Below, one piece after another: positions 45,646-53,002 of a stretch of 53,002 nucleotides of DNA; position 1 is the stretch's first letter, and each line of letters begins with the position of its first letter. Origin of the DNA: a virus. Its lineage: Duplodnaviria; Caudoviricetes. The stretch lies in IMG/VR virus record IMGVR_UViG_3300015024_000006, positions 1-53,002 of that record; one strand, written 5' to 3'. The translations under genes and the position numbers were made by a program. Under the pieces are notes generated by a model, which was given only the letters and a program-made list of their open reading frames with translations, had not been told where the DNA came from and made no database searches.

Positions 45646-48564
45646 CTAGGCACCCCGCAAGAAGATCCCCACCATCCCCGCATCGGTTTGATGTAGTGCG
45701 TAGCCCAGCCGATGCACCTTCTTGCGCCCCACGATGGCACGCACACCGCCCATGCCGTCACTCGTCACCCATGCACGTTTCTTGATGTGTGCAGCCGTGG
45801 CAACGCGCACGCGACCGCACAGGGCTATGGCCAGGGCTATGCCTTCTGCGCCCTCAGCATCCCCGATGCAGAAGCCACCGCCAGCACTGACGATCATGGC
45901 GAAATCACAGCCATCATGGGTGCAGCGTGTCAGGGTATTGTCATCATTTGGACAGACCACCGTACCAGCGGCATAGGCGGCATCGCTCGGATAGATCTCC
46001 GCATAGTCGAATGTGTCGAACGTACCGCCGACGCCATAGTTGTAGCTACTATTGGTCGTTTTCACATTGGTCCCGCCAATGGTGAAATCACCGTTGGCTT
46101 TCATCTCGGCGAGCTTGGCACCTGCAAACGTGCGAAAGCCGAGCCAGCTATCACACTGGATGGTCCCAGGAGTACCATGTATGCCGAGGATGCCCGTCAC
46201 GCCAAGATACCCGGCGAGAAAACTATTACCAGCGCCGTCTACCTGGAATTGCGTCAGGCTGACCGTCCCACTCCCGCCCAGATTGGCGGCGGCGTTGGCA
46301 TTCGCGGCATAGCCTGCATTCACCGCATAGTTGGCATTGGCAGCGGTCCCTGCGTTGGTGGCGTTAACTGCATTGGTGGCGTTATCTGCCGTGCCGTGTA
46401 TGGCCCCTGCTACAGTCATAGCGCCGGAGAGTGTGGTAGAGGCAGCCGAGATAGCCAACGTGCCATTACCAGCACCCGTATTGCCGCCCGATGCCCGTAG
46501 CCGTACATCGTAATCGATGGCATTGCCACTGCTATGCATGTCGATCGTGGGGGCATTCACCGTGCCTTGATTGCCCATTTCGATCCCCGCATTGACGGCA
46601 GTGAGTGAGAGCGCCCCCACCTGTGCCGAGGGGTTGGCAGCACTAATCGAGAGCGCACCCGTCATGGTGCCACCGCCACTGGTGATCGGCGATCCGCCGC
46701 CACTATACAGCGCGTTGATCGCATTGGTGGCGTTGACGATCCCGTTTTCAATGTTGGTCATGTTGGGTTGTGAGAGCGGCGTGGTGCCAGCGATCCACGC
46801 CGTCGCGGTGTACGAAAGTGGCATCGCAGATCCTCCAGAAAATGCAGCAGTCATAGGAATGGAACGAGTATTGGGAATAGTCGATGACGAAAAAGCAGCA
46901 GTGAAGGGGATCGGGCGTTGATGCACACCAGCGCCGAATGCCGCCGTCATCGGAATGGAGCGCGTCTGAAACATCGTGGAGGCGTGTCCAACGATCGTTC
47001 CCATCATTGGCTGATCGACACCCGCAATCGGCTCGACGCTGTTGATGTCACCATAGTTGCCGACATTCCAGTACCAGCTATGCACGCCGTTGGTATCAAG
47101 GAAGGTCAGCGTATTGTCGAGCATCGTTGCCCATCGACTATCGGACGTGCCACCGCCTGTGATGCCCGTCGCAGTGCCACCCGTCCACAACGTCGGCACG
47201 CCTAGCTCGCCAACGACACCGATCGCACTGTTGGCTTTGAGCCACGTCACGAACGGCTGTACGCGGGTAATCATGCCATTGACCCCAACGCTATTCGTGC
47301 TGAAATTATTGGGGCTGTATTGGCCATAACCGGATGGATCGCCAGGGACATCGCCATAGACATGCGCCTGATACCAGAGGTTGCTCCCAACGTAGGGGGT
47401 AAAGCCGGTATACCTGTACGGCTGCATATCGGGACCGCAGGTCGTGATAATCGGTTTCACCGTGTCGATGAGGCGTATCGCGGTGATAGCGGCTTGCGAT
47501 GCGGTAGGCCAGTCGAGGGTATGCCAGGGTTCATTCATGAGGTCATACGCAAAAACGGTGTTACTCGTCTTATAATGCGTGGCCATGCGCGACCAGAAAT
47601 CCGCGAACGCCGCATAGGGGAGGGTGCTACTGCCAAGCGTATCGGATCCTAACGGATATTGGCCCTGATTGATGAGCGTAAACGCGATGTGCTGGCCATT
47701 GCGAGCGGCAGAGCCAACGAACGTATCCATATTGGCAAGGTACGTCGCATTCAATGCGCCTGATAATGTCGGTTGCAGTGCCTCCCAACGCAGCGGGACA
47801 CGGAACCAGTCGATGCCCTTCGCATGGTAATAGTTCATCTGTGCTTGGCTAGGGAACACATCACTACCACCATAGCCGCCCTGCCATGCGCCGAATACAT
47901 TCGCGCCTCGGAAATAGCGTGCTGTGACCGCGCCAGTCGTGCCACTAAATGCCGCCGTCATAGGAATGGATCGTGCGAACGAGGTGGCACTGCCCGTGCC
48001 AGGGGTGATGATCTGCGTCGTGCTGTCGCTATCGGCGTTGCAGATAAAGTTTGCCGTGCTCGTGCCAGTGGCATTGGTGGTGATATTCAACGTCACTTGT
48101 ACGTACAGTTTGCTGCCGCTGTAGAATACCGCATTTGGGAGAGAGGTTGCGGCAAAGGTGTAGGTGGTATTAGAGGTCGTGAAACCTTGCGCGATGAGCG
48201 ACATACTGCCGATGGACGTATAGACCCCTGCGCGGTACACAGAGACGTTGAGGATCAGATCGGCGGCGATGCTGCCTGACGACACGGAGCATTGCAGCGT
48301 GGGGGTCCAATTGCCAGCGACGATCTGCTGGCCTTCCAATGCGGTCGTATCGTAGATCCAGCCATGCCCACTAGCAGCGCCGATACCCCCCGCGTTTGGC
48401 CATGCCGCGCCACTGCCTTGACTGATGACCTCGCCATAGCCGGTCGATGTCCCGATCATCGTCGTGTTGGATGCGTTGCTACTGGCAGCAGGGGTGATGA
48501 GGCCATTGGCACTCGCTACAGACGACGCAGCGGTATTGGTCAGATAGAGCGTTAATGCGGTCAT
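45646..48564 (-). CDS. Multidomain tail fibre: N-terminal paralog domain, GH5 glycoside hydrolase, fibre, C-terminal chaperone-like domain
   Basis: GH5 FR.P.RWE.LQP, LMNEP (acid/base), H.Y, VGE.G (nucleophile); A.NA repeats; DYAE.Y......GTVV. Confidence 0.85.
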   Translation of the reverse strand: MTALTLYLTNTAASSVASANGLITPAASSNASNTTMIGTSTGYGEVISQGSGAAWPNAGGIGAASGHGWIYDTTALEGQQIVAGNWTPTLQCSVSSGSIAADLILNVSVYRAGVYTSIGSMSLIAQGFTTSNTTYTFAATSLPNAVFYSGSKLYVQVTLNITTNATGTSTANFICNADSDSTTQIITPGTGSATSFARSIPMTAAFSGTTGAVTARYFRGANVFGAWQGGYGGSDVFPSQAQMNYYHAKGIDWFRVPLRWEALQPTLSGALNATYLANMDTFVGSAARNGQHIAFTLINQGQYPLGSDTLGSSTLPYAAFADFWSRMATHYKTSNTVFAYDLMNEPWHTLDWPTASQAAITAIRLIDTVKPIITTCGPDMQPYRYTGFTPYVGSNLWYQAHVYGDVPGDPSGYGQYSPNNFSTNSVGVNGMITRVQPFVTWLKANSAIGVVGELGVPTLWTGGTATGITGGGTSDSRWATMLDNTLTFLDTNGVHSWYWNVGNYGDINSVEPIAGVDQPMMGTIVGHASTMFQTRSIPMTAAFGAGVHQRPIPFTAAFSSSTIPNTRSIPMTAAFSGGSAMPLSYTATAWIAGTTPLSQPNMTNIENGIVNATNAINALYSGGGSPITSGGGTMTGALSISAANPSAQVGALSLTAVNAGIEMGNQGTVNAPTIDMHSSGNAIDYDVRLRASGGNTGAGNGTLAISAASTTLSGAMTVAGAIHGTADNATNAVNATNAGTAANANYAVNAGYAANANAAANLGGSGTVSLTQFQVDGAGNSFLAGYLGVTGILGIHGTPGTIQCDSWLGFRTFAGAKLAEMKANGDFTIGGTNVKTTNSSYNYGVGGTFDTFDYAEIYPSDAAYAAGTVVCPNDDNTLTRCTHDGCDFAMIVSAGGGFCIGDAEGAEGIALAIALCGRVRVATAAHIKKRAWVTSDGMGGVRAIVGRKKVHRLGYALHQTDAGMVGIFLRGA

Positions 48565-48576
48565 GTCCTGGCCTCC

Positions 48577-49101
48577 TTACGCCTCATCATAGCCAAGTAG
48601 CAGGGTTGGCATGGCAGCCGCATTGTTGGCACCTGCTGCATAGGTGTTATCGACGCCCAGACAGATGACGACCATTGACCCTGTGGGGCCTGTGCTGGCA
48701 GTCGAGACGGACGTATTGTCGTATTGCGCGGTGCTTGTCGTGACGGCGGTATAACCAGCGGGTATGGCCCCATTGCTGCCGGAAGCAGTGGGCATGTTGC
48801 CTGCCGCTGCCTGCGCATAACTGCTCACTGCCAAGGCCTTCCAGTAGACAGTGATACCCGTCGCGGTGGCTGCCGAATTGGAGATACGGCGATTGCTGAT
48901 CGAGGTCGTACCACCTGTGGTAACGGAGAGGACCATGCTCTTGATCCATGAGAAGTTGGTGCCAGCGGCGGCAGGAAGCGGAATGATATTGGTCGTGCCA
49001 TTGGTGGTATCTTCTCTGTTGTATTTGCCGCCCGTCTCGATGTTGAGCCACGTTGCGGAACCGCCGACGCTGTTTTGTGCCTGTACGACTGCATTGGCCA
49101 T
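48577..49101 (-). CDS. Small beta-rich structural subunit (paralog of 42690..43208)
   Basis: Same shared motifs as the paralog; AGGAGG RBS. Confidence 0.85.
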   Translation of the reverse strand: MANAVVQAQNSVGGSATWLNIETGGKYNREDTTNGTTNIIPLPAAAGTNFSWIKSMVLSVTTGGTTSISNRRISNSAATATGITVYWKALAVSSYAQAAAGNMPTASGSNGAIPAGYTAVTTSTAQYDNTSVSTASTGPTGSMVVICLGVDNTYAAGANNAAAMPTLLLGYDEA

Positions 49102-49113
49102 GATATGCCCTCC

Positions 49114-49500
49114 TTAAATGATGCTATCGAGTTGGAACTGAATGCTTTCCTGATTGACGATATGGGTATGGGAATAGAGCGCACGTGCTATCATAATACC
49201 ACTATTCGGCGTCATCGTAGCGGTATTCCCTGCGAACCACCCGACTTCTGTTATCACCGTACCGCCGCTCTCGGAAGGGGACAGATACATCGTGATGAGG
49301 CCTTCCCCCGCCGCCGCGCCATTGGCCCACGCGGTCGTACGCTTGCGGAAGACTTCCGCCCCTAACTGTGTATCCGTCGCAGCGGGGGCCGTGCTGCTCG
49401 TGCCAATAGCGATATAGGTCACGGTGGTAGATACTGGCACGCCATTGATCGCGTCGCGTAACAAGTTCAGCCCGGCATTGGTGATGGTGACTGCTGCCAT
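49114..49500 (-). CDS. Tail/baseplate protein (ITNAGLN...IAIGT...DTQLGAEVFRK type)
   Basis: AGGAGG RBS before ATG 49500; motif resembles tail-fibre attachment domains. Confidence 0.65.
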   Translation of the reverse strand: MAAVTITNAGLNLLRDAINGVPVSTTVTYIAIGTSSTAPAATDTQLGAEVFRKRTTAWANGAAAGEGLITMYLSPSESGGTVITEVGWFAGNTATMTPNSGIMIARALYSHTHIVNQESIQFQLDSII

Positions 49501-49511
49501 GATGAGACCTC

Positions 49512-51434
49512 CTAACAGGCAATAGTGGTATTGGCACAGAGTGTGGAAGGACCGCAGAGCGGACAGACGAACACCGTTGTGATCAGATTTGCAGTCCATG
49601 CGGGCCATGTCGCGGTAAACGGCGCAAGCAACGCGATCTGCTGTGAGACGCCGATATTGATCGCATTTGCTGCCTGCTGTGAGGCGAGCAGCGTGGCGAA
49701 AAATGCGACCCAGGTCGTATCGTATGGCCCCATAACCGCCGTGATCTGATACCAGATGTTGAGATTGTCTGATCCATCGGTTGCGGTAACGGACTCTATC
49801 AGCATGGAGGCATTGTTGAGCGCATGCGCTGGCAAGTTGACGGTCACGAATTGGCCCTGACTGAAGCCGCTCTGTCGTGTCCAGAATGTGAGGATCGTCC
49901 CCGTGGCGGCATAACGACTGATGAGTTGCGCAGCGAGAGCGAATCCGTCCGCCGTGCTTTGAATCGTGGCATCGGTCGGGCCACTTTCGACAATCCCTGT
50001 CGTGCTCTCTAACGTTGCCTCGGTGGTGATCTGTCCAACGTCAGAGGTAATGACCACCGTCGCATATTGCCCCGTATACGTGACACTGAGTGTATCCGTG
50101 CTGAGGAGCTTTGTCCCTGCTGTATCTTGTGCCAGAATGGGATCACCCTTTGCCCAGTACCAGTCATAGCCCGATGTATTGACACCCTTGATGCCTTTGG
50201 TTTTCGCAGTGCCATTCACGGTGATTGTCGGAACCGTTGCGAAGGGATAGCCCATGGTAAACGCCGTCGCGGTGCCATCGCCTTTCCGTGTCTCGGTCTG
50301 GCTTGCCGTCTGCGCTGTGCCTCCCAGGACGTATTGGGTATTGCGATAGTTCGGATTGCCACGTGACACCGTGATTTGTTTGCTATGGTCGATCTGCGAT
50401 CCATCGATGATCGTGGGATTGACGATGGCACTATACGGCACGAAATACAATTGCTTGAATTGGTCGATCTGCCAATAGAAGCCAGCACGCGCCGCCAGGG
50501 TATCAAGTGCGCTGGCTGCCGTGACATAGTTGAACGTTTCATTGATCGTCGGCCCTGCGTTGATTTGCCCAACCGTGACACCCTCGCTGGCCAGATAGCG
50601 ACTCACGATATCTGTGACGATCGCACCGCATGTTTGGCTGTTGTAGATGCCCACGATGATGCGTTTATCTGCGAGGTAATGCTGGTCGATGCAGACAACA
50701 TCGTGCAGCAGATTTGCCATGTACCCAGGCTTGGCTTCCTTCGGCTGTGAGACATAGCCACTAAAGATCAGCAACCCTTTGTTGTCATAGATAGCGGTGG
50801 CTTGATATTGCTGTACATGCGTCGCGGTGGTCGTGCGGAGCGCAAAGGACGCCTGTGAGCGGCGTCCTATGGCACTCATGATGTTGAGTGAGCCAGCCAG
50901 GGGAATGTACGGCGATCCTCCAACGTTGATGGTATAGGTGCCTGTCAATGGTCCGACGGTATAGTGCGCGGTGATGCGTAGCGGAGAGAGGGTGTAATTG
51001 TAGATCGCGATCTCATCGAGATAGCCGTCTTGCGTGTAGCTCCCTGCGTATTCCAGTGCTTGCGAGAGCGGGACGGCAGCCCCCGCACTGCTGGTTGTGA
51101 CCGCACCATCGACATAGAGGATCGTGCCAAAGCTGTCTACCGTGATGACGACATAGTGCCAGCCCGATCCGATGTTGATCCAGAATTCCAGTGATGCCGC
51201 TGTGAAGGTATCGACGTTGAGCGTCACGGGCAGCGTGATGCCCCCCGCCGCCGTGAACCGCATGGCGGTATCCGTATCGCCGCTGATCGCTCCTGGCTGA
51301 TTCAGCGTAGCACCAGACAACGCGGCATGGTAATTATTGCCACTGCTGTCATGCGCTATCATGCCGATCGTTTCATCAGCACGATAATACGCTTTCGGGT
51401 TGTCTGCCAGGACCGTTGCGGAATACAGCGACAC
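49512..51434 (-). CDS. LamG/ConA-like domain fused to tail hub-like protein
   Basis: Y...VLAD.P.AYYR.DE..G..A.DSSG and G.LDE.AIY...LS...I..HY (LamG), then a hub-like region. Confidence 0.75.
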   Translation of the reverse strand: MSLYSATVLADNPKAYYRADETIGMIAHDSSGNNYHAALSGATLNQPGAISGDTDTAMRFTAAGGITLPVTLNVDTFTAASLEFWINIGSGWHYVVITVDSFGTILYVDGAVTTSSAGAAVPLSQALEYAGSYTQDGYLDEIAIYNYTLSPLRITAHYTVGPLTGTYTINVGGSPYIPLAGSLNIMSAIGRRSQASFALRTTTATHVQQYQATAIYDNKGLLIFSGYVSQPKEAKPGYMANLLHDVVCIDQHYLADKRIIVGIYNSQTCGAIVTDIVSRYLASEGVTVGQINAGPTINETFNYVTAASALDTLAARAGFYWQIDQFKQLYFVPYSAIVNPTIIDGSQIDHSKQITVSRGNPNYRNTQYVLGGTAQTASQTETRKGDGTATAFTMGYPFATVPTITVNGTAKTKGIKGVNTSGYDWYWAKGDPILAQDTAGTKLLSTDTLSVTYTGQYATVVITSDVGQITTEATLESTTGIVESGPTDATIQSTADGFALAAQLISRYAATGTILTFWTRQSGFSQGQFVTVNLPAHALNNASMLIESVTATDGSDNLNIWYQITAVMGPYDTTWVAFFATLLASQQAANAINIGVSQQIALLAPFTATWPAWTANLITTVFVCPLCGPSTLCANTTIAC

Positions 51435-51446
51435 CGTGAAACCTCC

Positions 51447-53002
51447 TTACAGCGTAAACCAGTTATTCCCGTTATTCGTCAGGCGCATCACGCCATACGC
51501 GGTAGTGATGGTCTTATTCGCCGCGCCGTCAATCGTGCCAGAGGCAGCAGTAATCGTAATGGTATAGGTATTCGCCGCGCCCATATCTTTGATGATGAGA
51601 CCTTGCCCATTCAGACCGTTCGGATTCGGGATGGTGATAGCAAGCACTGCCGATTGATTGACGAGGATGAGGCTATCACTCAGCAATGCGGTATAATTCG
51701 CGGTGATCTGCACGATGCCTTGTGTTTGCTCGTCATAATAGCGACTATTCGCATGATTGAAGGTGTATTGGTTGGTGGATTGATTCGTAATGCGGCTGTA
51801 CGAAATGCGGGTAGGGCCTGCTCCACTCTGCTCTTGCACGGCGCGGCGCTGATTCGTGCCGACAATATTATTGAAGATACAATTGCGGATCTCGATATTG
51901 GCAACAGGGCTATCAATCAGGATGCCATTGTCCTGATTATCATAAATGGTGCTACCGATGACCATGCTTCTGTCAGAGCCAGCGGCGAAATGGATACCTT
52001 CTTTATTCAGCGCTGCACGGGCATAGATGCCACCCTGGATGATGCACGGCTTGGTTACATACACGTTGTCTTGTGCAGAATCGGTGACGGTGTTGTCCAG
52101 TAAAATGAAATCAGTACCACTGGAAGGGGAGACACGAATACCCGTATTCAATGACGATCGGACCACATTCCCGATGATCTGACAGTGATTTGCGCCTTGT
52201 GCTAACACATCCGTGATATTAATGCCAAAACCATTATTGTAGACAAGATTGCCTGACACCACAATCGTATCCGTGTCGGTTATCGAGATGCCCCCCGCAT
52301 CACCATTGGTGCTCGTCTGGCCTGAGCACTCGTTGCCAGTAACCGTGACATAACTCGATATCTGATTGCCGCCCGTCTCCGTCGTGCCGCGAACATTGAC
52401 GCCTTGGATACCATTATTTGCACAGACGTTATTCGCGATCGTGATATGTGAGCATCCTTCACTGCCAACGCCGTCGCCTTGTGCCATCGTGGGACCGTTG
52501 CCCGTGCAGACATTATTGGCAAACGTGATATAGGTGCTTCCCAAGCCTTGCACGCCAGAAAAAGCACCACCTGTACACACGTTGCCAGAAACGGTGATAT
52601 TGGTGCATATCGTATAGGGCGCGATGTCTTTGGCACGGATATAGATTTGATTGTCATAGTTCGCTACCATACGATTTTGCGTAATCATCAGATTGCTACA
52701 GCCGCCATTGGCCATGATTCCACTGACATAGCAGTCATGGATGTAGCAGCGAGTAATGGTAATATCGTCACTATTGGCCATGAATATTCCAGAGAGATGC
52801 GTATATTGTATCGAAAGCTGGGTGACATTGACTTTATTCCCATCGATCGTGATGTCAGAAATCGTGACATGCGCGACACTGCTGAGATTGAGTACGTTGG
52901 CATTGGTCCCTGCTGCTGCTTTCAGAATCGAGGATCGTCCCGCGCCAATGATGAGGCAATTACTCGGCACGAGCAGATCCGCACTGATGATGTAGGTACC
53001 GC
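51447..53002 (-). CDS. Right-handed beta-helix tailspike/depolymerase (3' part; starts at 270)
   Basis: Repeated I.I..N...N...G.I parallel beta-helix pattern; C-terminal IIKD.G.....ITI....GTIDGA module. Confidence 0.85.
   Translation of the reverse strand, partial: GTYIISADLLVPSNCLIIGAGRSSILKAAAGTNANVLNLSSVAHVTISDITIDGNKVNVTQLSIQYTHLSGIFMANSDDITITRCYIHDCYVSGIMANGGCSNLMITQNRMVANYDNQIYIRAKDIAPYTICTNITVSGNVCTGGAFSGVQGLGSTYITFANNVCTGNGPTMAQGDGVGSEGCSHITIANNVCANNGIQGVNVRGTTETGGNQISSYVTVTGNECSGQTSTNGDAGGISITDTDTIVVSGNLVYNNGFGINITDVLAQGANHCQIIGNVVRSSLNTGIRVSPSSGTDFILLDNTVTDSAQDNVYVTKPCIIQGGIYARAALNKEGIHFAAGSDRSMVIGSTIYDNQDNGILIDSPVANIEIRNCIFNNIVGTNQRRAVQEQSGAGPTRISYSRITNQSTNQYTFNHANSRYYDEQTQGIVQITANYTALLSDSLILVNQSAVLAITIPNPNGLNGQGLIIKDMGAANTYTITITAASGTIDGAANKTITTAYGVMRLTNNGNNWFTL
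52877..53002. repeat. 126-bp terminal direct repeat, right copy
   Basis: Identical to 3-128. Confidence 0.95.

Noticed and set aside
45646-53002. Diversity-generating retroelement acting on fibre genes
   Set aside because: No reverse transcriptase and no adenine-specific TR/VR pair was seen.

Overview
This window looks like a complete, circularly assembled genome (about 52.9 kb; positions 3-128 equal 52877-53002) of a temperate siphovirus-like phage that probably persists as a plasmid (phage-plasmid). The late region is on the minus strand and wraps the junction. It encodes terS/terL, SPP1-type portal, minor head protein, scaffold, major capsid, head-tail connectors, tail tube, tail chaperones with a -1 frameshift, tape measure, a beta-helix tailspike, a LamG/hub protein, a GH5-bearing fibre, and a holin/peptidase lysis cassette. 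The rest encodes a sigma70-family factor, a Prim-Pol/SF3 helicase with flanking iteron-like repeats and an antisense promoter, a Rad52-like annealase, an HNH protein, a dual-frame C5 methyltransferase, an ASCH protein, a tyrosine recombinase with a 34-bp loxP-like site, a J-domain protein, several HTH regulators at divergent promoters, CsrA, and ParA/ParB with a parS-like palindrome. The most unusual feature is a pair of paralogous structural modules. In each, a ~173-aa subunit gene precedes a protein carrying R-S-I-P-type peptide repeats (26 copies in one, 4 in the other), which suggests a repeat-templated virion filament system. The host is probably a monoderm (LL-H-type holin, no recognisable spanins), possibly Chloroflexota/Ktedonobacteria; this is inference only. 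All product calls come from motif recognition by eye, with no database searches.
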